64,000 bases of DNA from Phoronis australis (GCA_002633005.1 NMRA01000065.1:859066-923065); one strand, 5' to 3'; shown: positions 1 to 13,399, numbered from the stretch's first letter. The notes: a model not told the origin generated them from the letters alone. Numbers and translations: made by a program.

Positions 1-439
1 TTTCATTATCTTAACAGATATGGATTAAGGTAATACCATTTATTTTGGTTTTGTTTTCCTTTTATTGTTTAGTTTTTCTTGGTAATGCATTTTTGCTGTC
101 TATATATCTTAGAGTATAAAAATTTATGAAAACGTAGATTATGTTACCTTTTATTATTTGCCTTCAAAAAATACACCAAGTCACCAGTACTTGGTACTTG
201 AGAGCACAAGTTTCCACAGGATTACTCTTGTTCAAAGTTTTCATGCGATTTGCAATATTTGCCATGTAACATTTTAATACATTAGATGGTGTACTCGGCT
301 TGTAACATGCATCGTGCCTTCATTATGACATTATTCCTTCAGTTGTCAGAGTTGATTAATTTGCCTTTCGTAACTTCACCTGACTATAATCCTCATTTTA
401 TAGCTTCACTTGATTAGCAAACTTTTTTTTCATTTACAG

Positions 440-451
440 TTCAAAGAGAAG
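440..451 (+). CDS. Candidate 12-nt micro-exon (xQRE), phase 1-1
   Basis: tttttttttcatttacag|ttcaaagagaag|gtaaca; linkage to downstream exons unresolved. Confidence 0.45.
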
Positions 452-1942
452 GTAACATCATTATTCGTGCACAAAATAGTTTTTTCTCTGCTGATGCGTA
501 AATGATTTTCTCATCATTCCCTAATTTATTAATCGCCAGGATTTCTTGTTTCACACTTTGTTAGTATTTACTTTGAAGGTGGTACAATGACTCTCTGTTT
601 TCTATCAATTACATGTTTATATATTCATAATTTTTGCTGCATTTTTTGTCTCAACAGTGTCTGGTTATCTCCAAGATCCATTGAAAATTTGACACTAGTT
701 ACTTAAAAATGTGTCTATTTTCATTCATTATATGTTATTCACATAATGCGTCTATCTTCATTCATTATATGTTATTCACATCATTGTTGAAACCATCTCT
801 TTCCTCTTTTAGCTCGTTAAGGAATTTGAGGTAACTGGAAATTAAGGTAGTTTTATTTATTGTAAGCTTTTGCTTGATCAAAAGTAACAGTAGCCGAGCG
901 TCACCTGTCGCAGTCCTCCAATTAAAACAACCCCGACAGCTTGTTAGTTGTTTAATAGTGACGCTTTTAAGACTGACAGTTATCTTTTTAGCCCACTTTA
1001 ATGTTGCAAGTGGTGGCAGTTCTTCTTTTATTTCATCAATAATTGCCAAAATTGTCATTTTTCAATTTTTCAAAGGCTAATTACTTAACTGCAAATGATG
1101 GAAAATTTCCCAAAAGTCGTTTTATTACATCTACACAGTTCAAATCATGCTAGTAATAGACTATAAATGTCCTTAATCTTTTATTTTTGTGGTAAAATTT
1201 GATAAAGTATATAATTCCAATCATCAACCATATTGTGCGCTAAACAGGTGAAGAACTACCGTCTGCCCTGTAACTGGTATTTATAGTTCACAATAAAGTC
1301 TAGTACAGGTAAACTTTGAAAATCTTTTGGTTCATATTCTCGAAAAAGCTAACATTCCTAGTTACATGTGATTAAGGTATGCATAGCTATGTTCAACGGA
1401 ACAATTCCTGACCTCGGACTTGATTTAGTCTGCGTGGGTCTTTAAGCAAGTCATTCATGCCCACCTTTACAGCATTATATACAAATTTTTGCACCATTTG
1501 CAACAGTGTCCTATTAAATTAGGTATTCACTGTCGTGCTTATAAGCATAATATGATTGAGCAAAATGCTAAATACTCTTGGTGTAATTACCACGGACAAA
1601 CATAGTCCAACCAATGAGCTATACCAGGTATAGCTCATTGGTCCAACCACGAGCAACATCCTTGGATTGTATGGCCTCCACATGGTAAGAGTGCAGCCCG
1701 TTTCATGAAAGTGACAAAAATCTGGTCTTACGTCCCACTTAACTACAGTATTTGTGAAAAAAAATTTCAAAGTCACTTTAGCCAAAGCAAAGTATCTAAG
1801 AATATATCCTTAATTATTGTTAATTGCTAAGAACAAATTATTTCTAGGCAAGTGATATGTTTATTATTACACAACCCAACTTTTATTTGTTTATTGTGAA
1901 TTGGGAACGTCAGACCAAATTTCTGTCACTGTCATGAAACAG

Positions 1943-1963
1943 ATGTGCTGTCTAATGTGAAGA
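1943..1963 (+). CDS. Candidate 21-nt micro-exon (DVLSNVK), phase 1-1
   Basis: gaaacag|atgtgctgtctaatgtgaaga|gtgaga; weak polypyrimidine tract. Confidence 0.35.
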
Positions 1964-4187
1964 GTGAGAACCAAAAGGACAATTTTGATAGTCCTGCAAC
2001 CGTTCATGTGCGAAATGTCTTATCAGGCAGTAGAGCTATTTTGTGGTCAGTTGGAATATAAATGGCGTTTTCGATGAATCGACAGTTCTTTGTAGAAAAA
2101 ATAATTTTCTTGAAAATATTTGATTAGGTGGGGATAAATTGAAACTGTCAAATTCCTTCAGCAAAGTTTTTAATTGAAAATAAGTGGAAAGGGTTTAATT
2201 AAAATTTACATACCGGTAAGTAGGGAATTTCATAAAAGATAATTTTGTGACTTGTGTCTGGGAAAAATGAACTTAAGGTTAAATGAAGAGTTCTGTGTTT
2301 TCTTAATTTGGGTTGGTAAGAAAACATGACTTGTTGACGACTGCATTGTATTTCATATGAAAGTGTTAGTCACCAAGAGAAATTAAACATATTATTGTTT
2401 ACCACTATGGGTATCACACTGTTATGGTACTAAATCTGAATTGAACCGTGATATAAAACTCTTTTCAAAGCTTTTAAAGAATTTTAAATTAATTGTAAAT
2501 AGTCCATCTTAGATTGGTTATTGTCTTGTAAGATTTATTTATTTGAATCTTTAATTAGTCAAAAACATTTCCTTAATTTTCACTGGTTTCTTCAGTGGTC
2601 GGAATTCCTGGCTGTTATTAATAAGATGCCGTTTAACAGATTCATAACATTAACAGCTTTCAAATTATATTAAGGTAATGCATTCGAGTTATAAATGACC
2701 TCCTTACCTGCACTGACCCTTCTCTACAGTTTCATTCACACTTGCTTTACTCAAATATCCGTACATTCATTATTCCACGTCTGTTTTATCTGCCTTTAAA
2801 ATGCTTCTCTACGCTCTTCACCAGATAGTATTGATTATTTTATAGCAGCCGTAGTCATTGTCGATTGTTAGCTTAATATACGGTATGGTGTCCAAAGTGT
2901 TCTGCTGAGTACTACTGTAGGGGGCAGTTTAGCTCAATTTGCAACTCCCACCTGATTTCAGATCTAGCAGTTGCCATAGCAATATGCGTTGTATGAATGA
3001 AGTGGCATGCAGCGCCATCTTTGGTGAAAACTGTAATGTTATGGTTTATGTTTTGGGTAGTGCCCATTGTTTTGCTTTTAATTATTAATACGGTGAGTTA
3101 ACTGTTCTTACTAGTACAAATGGTAAAAGCTTGGACTGATTGGAGTTCATTGATTGCTTTAACACGGAAGATTCATCATTGCTAAGTTCATTGTTTGTGG
3201 GTTTTTATTGGCTTAGTTAGGGCATTTGTTAACAAAATTTCCTGTCCTCAATTTTGTCATCTTCAAAAATACCATTAATTTTGAACTTTTTTCTTACTTT
3301 TGACTGTTTAAAAACAAGTAAATACCCAAAGTCTGTATAACCTTTTAATGGCCATACGTGCCGCGGTAACAACTTTTTATGCCCTAAAATTATGTCAAAT
3401 AAGTCGAGTAAATCTGTAACAGGTTAAAACCCTGTATTTGCAGTAGTCAGGTAGATGAATTAAATCTGAATTCATAACACTAATTTAAAAGTAAAGATGA
3501 ATGTAGATCAGACAAGATGTCAAAACTTCACCTTGGGCAGTTCCTTGTGCTACATGTAGGTCAACCAGGTACTGCAAATGAATGCTCTGGCATGACTAAT
3601 TCGTGGCAGTTTGAACAATGGCAATTTTATGGCGCACCTGTCCAATATGTAGCCAGCAATTGACGCGAGGCAGAAATGGAACTTGCTTTACGCACACGTG
3701 TTGTGGACCATCCAATTGCCATATTTTTTTCTCTTTGAGGATGCTGCTGTTGCTGAACTGCAACAATAAGGGTAATTCTTTGCTTTTTGGACAAAAATAA
3801 TTTCCAATTTTATGATTTTCTATTTTTCTTAGTCTAAATACTCTATTGTTTGATTAGCAGAACAAGGTCCTGGGTTCAAGTCACAATCGAGGGCAGAAAT
3901 CTTTTCAAACTTAATATGTTCATTAGGTCATGTGATGTGGCCAAAAGGTGGCGTGCAGACCAGACTTAAAATTTTGTGAACTACCATTATGAAACTTTCA
4001 CCAAAATATAGTTTTCTAGTGATGTCTGCTCGGAACGAAACAACCTCATTAGACAAAAATTGTCCTTAATCTTTGTTTTTGTTGACAAATTTGACAAAAT
4101 AACCTTTTACTATAAGCTATATTGGGTGCTTAATAGATGAAGACCTTGCCAAAAGCGTAACATTATAGCTGTAACTGCGATCAACAG

Positions 4188-4201
4188 CTGCTGTTCAAAT
4201 G
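4188..4201 (+). CDS. Candidate 14-nt micro-exon (xAVQM), phase 1-0
   Basis: caacag|ctgctgttcaaatg|gtgagt; ends in phase 0, matching exon 4511. Confidence 0.45.
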
Positions 4202-4337
4202 GTGAGTTGTTCCATGTCAATTTGTCTTAGTCGGCATGACTCCAATTGTCTGACCATAGCTAAAGCTGAATAGATATGTTTGGTGGACAAGACCTGTTCT
4301 TGATGTCTTTTTAACTTGAGTTTTGCGCTATTTAATG

Positions 4338-4472
4338 CTCTCTTTCTCTCTCTCTCTCCCCCCCTCTCTCTCTCCCTCTCCCTCGACTCCCTCTCTCCCT
4401 CCCTCTCCCTCTCCCTCTCTCCNNNNNNNNNNNNNNNNNNNCTCCCTCCCTCCCTCACTCCCTCCCTCTCTC
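4338..4472. repeat. (CT/CCCT)n microsatellite spanning a 19-nt gap
   Basis: Direct reading. Confidence 0.95.
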
Positions 4473-4510
4473 TAACCTTCTGCTAATCATGTCTCCATTT
4501 CATTCAACAG

Positions 4511-4540
4511 GATGAAAGCAAAAAGAGGGATTACGCTGTA
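4511..4540 (+). CDS. Exon DESKKRDYAV, phase 0-0
   Basis: catttcattcaacag|...|gtaaga. Confidence 0.7.
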
Positions 4541-5483
4541 GTAAGATTTTTATCATGTCATTATTTCATTGTCACATTGCTCTCTTCTGTCATATTTTGA
4601 CTCTTTCACTAAGCTCATATTTCAACGTTTTGCGTTTCCATACACATTCCACTGTCTTATCGTTGATCATTATCCAGTTTTTGATATATGATTACTTGGA
4701 TCTGACGATAGTGCTTACATTCAACTTAACACTTCTCTTCATTTCATCGCCGTCACTGTCTAGTCGTCCTAGTCAGAGATTTTAGTGCCCCCCCCATCCA
4801 TTTGCCTGATAATGCTGTCAAAGCATTTGGGTAAAATATGTGTCTTATAGTTTGTTTACCAGAAATCTCTTGATATGACATCTCCATCATTGGTCGGAAA
4901 TGGTAATGTGTCAAGGCATTTGAGAGTTTTGCAACTGAGGGTAGGGGGCTTTTTTATCAAATTTCATTTAGCTAGTTACAGCTCAGAGCTTCATTTCTTA
5001 GTCAGAGATTTTTCTGGCACGTGTTTCCTTGATTTGGTTTGTGAAATCGATTGGCACGTGTTCAATATAGATCATGGTCAAATTCATTTTTAGGTGGAAT
5101 GTTTCATTTTTATTAATGAGTTGCATTTTGCAGCTGTGTCCCTGTGGACATTTTATGTGGAAATAGGTGTGCGACTGGATTAAGTGTTGATCAATCGGAC
5201 ACCTGGCTGAATTTCCTTTCTTCATAATTTTGAAAACCATTGCAATTATCTCACACATGTACACAGTCATGCACTCACAAAGTACACAAACAAACAGAGC
5301 TAACTAAAGGAGAGATCTGGGCTGAGGTTCCATCCACGATGTCTATGGCTGTATGGTTTGTACTATGCTACTTGAGTACAGGTTGCCTCATATAGGCATG
5401 ACGCTATATCTTCTGGTACATCAACAGGCAATAAAGTTTTTTTAGCTCAAATGTGATTTAATTCATGCGAATTAAACTTTCAG

Positions 5484-5597
5484 CGTAAAAACAGGAGTCG
5501 CATGCTAACAATTATTGACGACTATGTCGAGACGTGCGAAGTGCGTTTGCATGCTATGGAGGATGTCGGAGACTGGCTATTTACAATCGAGGACATC
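5484..5597 (+). CDS. Exon RKNRSRMLTIIDDYVETCEVRLHAMEDVGDWLFTIEDI, phase 0-0
   Basis: ctttcag|...|gtaagt, 114 nt open. Confidence 0.85.
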
Positions 5598-5698
5598 GTA
5601 AGTAGCTTGTGTTTCATTTTTTTATTTATTCTTTTGCATTTTGACACAAAATACTTTTAAATTGCTTTAGATAAATGGGTTGAATCACGTAATAACTA

Positions 5699-7587
5699 CC
5701 GTACTCGTCCGGGTTACTGCCCATGGTGCTTAAATTGGGAATCTAAAAAATGGTGTGGGTGGTAAGCTGAGCATGGGCGGTTATTAAAATCGAAATTTTT
5801 GAGAAGTCGGGAATGGGTATTTACTGCACAAAAGACCGATTTTACCCTCGCGGAACTACACTGACGTCAGACTTCAAGCATATTAGTTATAATATAAATG
5901 TACGTCTGCGGATTGAAGTAACGGACTTCGATGGGCTGAAGTGGAATAGTGCACACGATATAGTGGCACAGTGATCCCAAGCGTGCTTTGGTTTTTACGT
6001 ACCTCGTTCGCTGCTCGTCAAGCCTTGGATCTAAGGTATTCTTACAGATAGACGTGCTTTCTGTAGGGCAAGTTTCTTGAGAGAAAAGTAAGATCATGCA
6101 AGACTACGCTAGATCGTCATGTATTGCTACGGGAAGCAGGTGATTTTGTAAAGATATGCTGCCGCTAGTTACTTTGGCAACCAGACGTGCAAAAAGAAAG
6201 TGAGAATCTCACTGGATTCCAGTTAGATTCCAGTTAGATTCTCACTAAATCACCAATTATAGTTAGAAATGCCAGTGAGAACCCAGTAGGAATTGAACAA
6301 CAGGGGCAGTCAGTGAGGAAATAGTGAGAAAATGTTATGTAACAGTGAGAATCCAGTGAGAATTTTGGTCTTAGAAAAATTATGAGTGAGAATTGAGTGA
6401 GAATTTGGACTTGCCAAAATTGGAGTGAGAATTCAGTGAGAATTTAACATAAACAAACACCCTGATTGGCTGTAACTGTGGAAATTTCAGTTGAACCAGA
6501 TTTCTGAATTCAAACTAAAATGGCACCAGGAATGAGCAGTTAAAGAAATATCTTGAAGATTTATTGACAGCCGGTCTTTCTTCTAAATATTTTTGAACCT
6601 AGTATGAACAATGTAACATTTTATATTCCAGTACATTATATTTCTTTGTGTGTTAAACAGCCAACACCGACCTCCCAGAATTTGTTCAAAGCACATGCTG
6701 AACAATCAGATGATACTACTATTAGGCAATAAGGGAGGTCAGTCGGCTGCGAAAATAATGAAGCAAAAACACATCTTGTAAAAAAGCAAAAACACATCAT
6801 GTAAAAAGTCAACACAGGCAAATCACGAATTCAAAACATAAGTTTCTGACCGGCATGTAGATGTGGATAGAATGTTCGACTTGCGTTTAATTACAAGTTG
6901 ATTTCTTGCGTTGTTGCTTTTGGTTGGGCCATTCTATTTTGGCATCATGAGTGAGTCATTAAAAACATGCGTTTAACAAAGACACGGAACAATGGCCCGT
7001 ATCTGCTTGTATTCAAAACAATTGCATCCAAAATAATGTCGGTGGAGTTTCCAAAATTGTTGGTCATGTACCAGCCGAGTGTGCTCGTGTTTTTTTTCAT
7101 TTCATTGCTCAGGGTGGTGATGTTTTGTGTACTGTCACGGGGAATCCAGAAAGGTAGGCCACGGACTTGAAATTTTTATAAAGTACCGCTTTGTTGTTTT
7201 TTCTACGGCAATCAAATACATTCGACAAGTGCTGTCTCAGTGATCAGTACATGCTGACACGAGTTCCGCGCATGAGACAAAGGAAAACTTGTGTCACCTT
7301 CAGTAAAGATCATGAGAATGTGGGTATTTTACCGACATATTAAGGCAAGTTCCTGGTTCTGCTAAAACTGATTGATTGTCATTGAAAGGTAAGCGAGTTG
7401 CGCACGTTTTGGAATCTTAGTTTTGCGAGATGAACATTCACAAAAGCACACACACTTTTAAGGAGGTCTCGATCATACAAAATTGGGGGTGGGTGGTAAG
7501 CGGAGCATGGGCGCTTAAAAATAAAAAATTGAAAATTTCAGGGGTGGGCGGTAAGCCGAGCATGGGCGATAGCCCGGATGAGTACGG
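5699..7587. mobile_element. Non-autonomous Tc1/mariner-pogo type DNA transposon
   Basis: TA|CCGTACTCGTCCGGGTTACTGCCCATG ... CATGGGCGATAGCCCGGATGAGTACGG|TA. About 27-bp imperfect TIR, TA TSD, subterminal GGTAAGCnGAGCATGGGCG repeats, no transposase ORF seen. Confidence 0.8.
6201..6443. repeat. Degenerate GTGAGAA(T) short-motif array inside the transposon
   Basis: Many gtgagaat/gtgagaa copies plus an inverted attctcac. Confidence 0.6.
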
Positions 7588-7869
7588 TATTATGAAAAGG
7601 CTGTGTTAAATATGGCATTTCTGGACTGAGTTAGTTCCAATATTTTAAGATTCAGATCTTCCAAGATTCTGTGAGGTACATAATTTTGGTGTCTTGTGTT
7701 ATCTGATTTGCTGAGATTATAATTAGCTAAAATTATTATAATATATAAAAAATAATTGCAGGTGGTCTGGTACACGTTGTACACGTTGTACCAGACGTCC
7801 ACAGGCGGCGCATGTGGGTCCATTGCACTGATCACCTGGAAATATTTTTGTGCTTTATTGATATATACT

Positions 7870-7988
7870 TAAAACTAAGCTGAGGAGCTAGAGACCTGAC
7901 TCAAGGGTCTAGCAGTGTGGCCCAGTGGGACTCGAACCCACGACCTTGAGTAAAGTAGGCGGGCACCATCACACTAGGCCACAGTACC
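7870..7988 (-). mobile_element. tRNA-derived SINE 5' fragment
   Basis: Minus strand has an A-box (TGGCCTAGTGTG) and B-box (GGTTCGAGTCCC) at tRNA spacing; anticodon arm degenerate. Confidence 0.6.
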
Positions 7989-8045
7989 TCCTCTCAGTAG
8001 CTAAAATTTTAGTGCAGTTTTGCAGTCCCGCCCTTTTTATTGCAG

Positions 8046-8122
8046 GAGCATTTCATTGGTCCCTTGGAATGTGAGATTGACAAGCAAAAGCGGGACATGG
8101 AAAGAGTATATGAAAGCGTCAT
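8046..8122 (+). CDS. Exon EHFIGPLECEIDKQKRDMERVYESV(M), phase 0-2
   Basis: tttttattgcag|...at|gtaagt. Confidence 0.85.
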
Positions 8123-8691
8123 GTAAGTGTTAAGATTATCCTGTTCCGCTTAGCTAATCCTTGTAAACCCAGAATCATTTTTGACATTTTCAGTGTTGCA
8201 CTTAAGCAGTATGTACCAGCTCAAGGTTGCTAATAATTATTCTGTGCTTAGATATACCATGGTTTGCGGTATGGCTGTCTAATGTTAACTTGCACTTGAT
8301 AACTCCGTTATGATTGTTACAAGTTCGAGAATGAACTCCGTTGAATTACTAGCAATTCAAAGTATTAATCTTTTAACGATCACGTTCATGTTCACGTTCG
8401 TATGGTTCATCTTGTACTGATCCAGCGATAATATTATTAGTTTGTATGCCTGTCTGTGTGCATGTGTGCGTGCGTATGTGTGTGCGTGTGTGTACGAGCT
8501 GACATGAAGCAGGTCTCGTTTGTAACATTAAGTTTTGATGTGGTATTTATTTCTAGACTCATTTGAGGTCTTCTGTAAAATAGTCCATGTCCGAAACTGC
8601 TGGACCATAATAGCATCAATGATGCCATTTTCTATCCATGAAATATTTTGTAGTGACTAATTACTTTTTTAAATCTTTATACCTACTCTAG

Positions 8692-8793
8692 GGTTTCCCA
8701 AGATAGCAGGAATGTTCTAGTTGACAAGATTCGCCTTATTGGTAAAAAGCTGTTTACCCTTCTACGCAAGAAGAAAGCATTGATTAAGAAGCT
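8692..8793 (+). CDS. Exon VSQDSRNVLVDKIRLIGKKLFTLLRKKKALIKK(L), phase 2-2
   Basis: cctactctag|...ct|gtaagt. Confidence 0.85.
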
Positions 8794-9333
8794 GTAAGTT
8801 TATTCTTAAGTTTGGGACACAGCATGGCAGACAAGTGTAATTTCATTTTTTAGAATTCTTTCTACAAAGAAAGTTCTGAGAAAATTTCACTTTGTTGTCA
8901 GCTAGCTGTCACTATGCAACATTTGCAGTAACCTTTTGAATAATGCAAAAATGTAAAGTTTTACGTTTTATTTTTTTAAATTCCAGAGTTTAAATTAATT
9001 TTGTAATCCAATGCTTGTGCATAATTTGTCAGAAATGTGGGAACTTAATTTATTTGTTGAATTTCACTGGAAAAGCAAAGTCGAACTGTTTTCTTGTGAA
9101 CATGGTTTAGAATATATTGTGGTTATTGTGACAAGAAAATGTCCTAAAAAATACAGAACCGATATAATATAATCACTAGTTTCACTTAATGCAAAATAGC
9201 TTAAAATCGGAAATTGTTTCATTTATTAGCTGAAGAAAATTAATGTTCTCTTGTTGGCTGGTTAAAATTCTACACCGTGTATCAAAAGTCTATTACTGTG
9301 TGTGTGTAAGAAAGATGATTCAAAACGTTTCAG

Positions 9334-9416
9334 TCGATTGTTGGATGCTAAAAGATCAAACATATTCGACATCAGAGCGGGAAAACCACCTGACATGTCA
9401 TTCAGTATTCTTGACG
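9334..9416 (+). CDS. Exon RLLDAKRSNIFDIRAGKPPDMSFSILD, phase 2-1
   Basis: cgtttcag|...g|gtaagt; bridges the phases of 8793 and 11178. Confidence 0.75.
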
Positions 9417-10879
9417 GTAAGTTACTGGATGTTTGTTAATTAAAAGGTTAATGTAATCTTGCATTCCGTAGAAAATGAATTTTAAATTAGAATTGATATC
9501 CGAGCTTGGATAGAACTGTCGGTTGAGACTATGCATGGTACGTACAATGAACGACCATTACATGCTGATGTATTATTGAGTCTCGTCTTGAGTAATGGCA
9601 GACAAACAGTTCTTTCCAAACCCATAAATCATCGCTCGTCTGAGTAAGAAAGGAGTCGAGAACAGTTTTTCCATAGCGATACCGTAAGTAATCTGGAAAT
9701 CGTTAGTATACTTTGACAGCAATTTGGTTCATAGCACCTTTAATTGATCCTGTCAGTTTACCGGTCACTGTGTAGTTTGTTGTTCATTTAGTAGTGGTCC
9801 GATATTTTTAGCAATTATTTCCATCAGTTTTATTACCCAGATATTTTGTCTACTTGTCTTTGGCCATAGTTTAGTATTGTGCTAAAATAGTTTCATTTGA
9901 AAATTTAACATTTCAGTCAGTTATTTTCTATAACGTTACCGTCATCTGGATCAGAATGAAATTCAAGTCAAACAGCTGAAACTACATAATACTGAATTGC
10001 TTTTTTCTTATAATCTGATAGATCTGCCTTCTGTGGTTTAGGGTGAAATGAGCTTTGACAATTATCTTAATATTTAGAATCATCGGCATTAAAGTTATTT
10101 TTATTTATTTAGTAACTATTGACTCTCCGTCATGAGCGTTTTTCTGTTCATCTTGTTGAAGTATTATGCATAAGGCAGAACGGCTGAAAATTAAGGTAGT
10201 ATTCAAAGACGAATTTCAAATCTGTGACCTAAGACTGAAAAGAAAAAATCCGATTTAATGACTTTTTCTTCATCGAATTCACGACCCCATTGTGTAAAAG
10301 GCCATTTGGTCTTATCAATGACCGTCGTATTTTAAATTTTATTTGGCAATTCACAAGGTAAATTACCAGACCAGCCCTAGTTCATTTTTATTACAATAAA
10401 CCAACAGTAAAATCTTACCAATTTCAGACACGAATAATAGCAGAAACGTAAACGATTAGTTTTTCATGTTTTTTGTAAAAGATAATTGGTTATGGAATAA
10501 ATGCTTTCTATCATTTCTACACCAAAGCTACCAGGCGTGGACAATGTTTTTAAGGAATTAGGCATTCACAACATTGTTAAAAGCTTATGGAAAATAAAAA
10601 GGTCAATTTGGTTAATTAGTTTTGTCCAAAATTCATGAGATTTAGAGTCAGTGCACATGGAGAACTAAGCACCTCCTATGTGAATGAGCTCGGTTCATGG
10701 CTCACATCTGTGGTAAAACGAACCTCACGAGGCAATGAGGGGAATATGTTAGCATGTATCCTTAGTGCTTAATTAGCATATTATAATAAGTAGTCAACGG
10801 AACATAATTATTGAATCACCTTACAACAACAAATCTCACTCTCTCTCATTCAAATCAATATGTGTACTACATTTCTGCT

Positions 10880-11146
10880 GTTTACTAAACACACATTACA
10901 AGTCAGTGCTCATTTTACCACACTGTGTGCTGGTTTCAATGATGTGAACTAAAATTTATTGTACTTGAGACACACAGCTCAGCTCTCACCTTTCTATCTG
11001 TGCTGCCCCCTATAGCCAAGAGCTGTACAGTATCCTCCACTCTTGCATCCAAGATAGGAGACCTTACTGTGTTGCTCTGGTGAGATTTGATCTTGCGACC
11101 TTTCGATTGTCACACACCGAAACTACGACTGGGCGATACTGCCTCC
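10880..11146 (-). mobile_element. Possible decayed tRNA-derived SINE
   Basis: Minus strand TCGCCCAGTCG ... AAGGTCGCAAGATCAAATCTC resemble A/B boxes; left boundary approximate. Confidence 0.35.
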
Positions 11147-11177
11147 TCATTTATTAAGTTTTAACTATTTTTTACAG

Positions 11178-11285
11178 AGACATCCATGACTAATGACGAC
11201 AACGCTATGTTGAAAGCTATTGGAAATATCAGTAAAACCATGGTTGAGATGAAGAAATTCATAAAGAACACAGAACTCTCCAATG
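11178..11285 (+). CDS. Exon TSMTNDDNAMLKAIGNISKTMVEMKKFIKNTELSN, phase 1-1
   Basis: tattttttacag|...g|gtatac; same frame as ORF 11186. Confidence 0.8.
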
Positions 11286-12360
11286 GTATACTTCCTTTAT
11301 ATGCTAAATTCTGTTCTGAATATATCACTGCAGTGTTCTTACTGCCACCTGTTAAAAGTGTCTGTCTTAGCTATGGAGGGTCAGATTTCTTCAAATTTTT
11401 TCATTGATTTTCAATCCCAGGAACCATAAATTTTGATTCAAAATTTTTGATGATTTCAGAAACACATTATCTGCTCAAAATGAATAAATACCCTGGTAAT
11501 GTAGTCCAGCGACTTTTTCTCCTTAAAATTGTAGTTTATTATGGAGGTTTATGCAACCTCTATAAGTGTGAAAATTTCCATATTTTTAGTGAAACGTACA
11601 AGTACTCTTTATTCATTCTGTTAGTCTCAAAAGTATGTCTCAAATTTTTCTTTAAAGGCATTTTGGTCGAGAATTATATTGTCAAAATGAATTCAACTAT
11701 TTTTCACTACATTTTGAATACTTCATTTTTGACCAAACAAACATAATTTCCAAGTGTGAGAATTAGAAATAAAGCATCCTTAAAAAATTGCAGTGTTTTA
11801 CAAAAAAGCAAGGTTATGTAACAACAAAATGTTCGGGCAATATTTTCATAAATACATTTCTGTGATAGCCAATTGATGTATTTTAGAAAAACATGTTTTT
11901 TTTGTTTCATGGTTACATGAAAGATATTTAAAGAAACCTGGAACCTCTTTTGTCAAAGGTTGTAAGCCCAATCATAACTAAACCAGTTGCAAGCGTGTTG
12001 TTGCAAATGTTTTGCTGCATATTTTAGAGGACCGAAACTTAATAACTGATGCTAAAGTTCGTAATTTTCCATATCAATTTTGGACTTATCGACCGCCTTC
12101 ATGAGAAGTGTTTAATAACCTTGTATACAAATTAAAATCGAAGTTGCAAATTTCTTACCTAAGACGGGACATAGTACCTTTAATAATAAGGGCCCTAGAC
12201 CCTTGGTAACAAAGGTAGGCAAAACCTTGAGGATCACTGTCGTATTTTTAGGTGAATGTTACCTTAAATAATAGCCTGAACTATTCATCTCAAAATTATA
12301 ATCCAGAAAAAAAGTTAAGTAAACATAGTTTGTATAAGCCACAGTTTGTGCTTTTTTCAG

Positions 12361-12464
12361 CTTTAATGCAATGCGGCGCTCAACTGAAGTCATTAGAAAA
12401 TGCTTCAAGGAATCGTATGATTATTGCTAAGCAGAAAAACAAGGAATGTGCCGAGTTCAGAGAA
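12361..12464 (+). CDS. Exon (A)LMQCGAQLKSLENASRNRMIIAKQKNKECAEFRE, phase 1-0
   Basis: cttttttcag|...|gtgagt. Confidence 0.85.
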
Positions 12465-13399
12465 GTGAGTGTTGTTATGTCGAGTATGACTTAATATATG
12501 GTGTTCAAGAAATTTGTTGTGTCCTGTTGAAGTTTAAACGAAATCAGTTACAGTATGTTGTGGAAGGTTGTCGAATATTCAAGAGTCCAAAAAGACAGCA
12601 CTTGATAAAAGTGCATGGGTATTCCTTAAAAAGTTGGAATATTGTTTGAAAAAATTGTTGCAATGGGTTAATGTTTTAAATGTTACTGAACAAAAACTAT
12701 ATTTTGTATACCTAGGTTTAGTTGTAGGCCTGTCAAACTCTAATTCTGACACACTAAGGCAGACTGCTGTACATTGTCAAGTCAAAAGTAGTCAGACAAA
12801 ATGACCCAGAATTCCCCATAATCATGGTGGGTGGAAGTTGAATTCACCATATCACATTAGTCTTCCCTCAAGACTGAGAATGAAAGCGAATTAAGTGCAA
12901 AGTTAGTAAGGTAGCTAAGTAATACCAGTTCTGTAATTAGAAATTTTCCACCCTGGTGGTTGTTTACCAATAATTTTTGCTGATAACAGAATTAGCTGCC
13001 GACTGGGAAACATTTTTTTGTCTCTCTCATTACTTTTGTCCTGTCAGTACTGTAAAAGCTCAAAACCATACACACTGTAATGTAATCTACCCACTTCTTG
13101 TGGTTGACTACATGAGTTATTAGTTAATACTGCAGTATTGCATCATTTTGTCTCTGAAGCTACTGCACGTTCTGTCATGACTGGCCGTCTGTCAAGAATG
13201 GAAATGATGGGAAATTTACCGGCAAGTTAGCGTGATGATGAAAATGCTAAATTTCTAAAATGCAGTTTCAGAGGTCGAACCAGTCTGTTGCAATTAACGC
13301 AGCTCATGTTCCAAAAGGTGCAATCTCTTGTGTTGTCATTCTAGCGTGAATCGGTCTTCGTTGACATGCTTATAGTTACTCTCTCTCTCTAACTTTCAG

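Noticed and set aside
3740-3771. Exon or start exon MLLLLNCNNK
   Set aside because: Needs a rare GAG acceptor and could not be linked upstream; possible but unsupported.
7919-7988. Functional tRNA gene
   Set aside because: A and B boxes are present but I could not form a proper cloverleaf; better explained as a SINE head.
11352-12183. TTAA-flanked Kolobok-like element
   Set aside because: Only a weak match between the two ends; cannot be delimited reliably.
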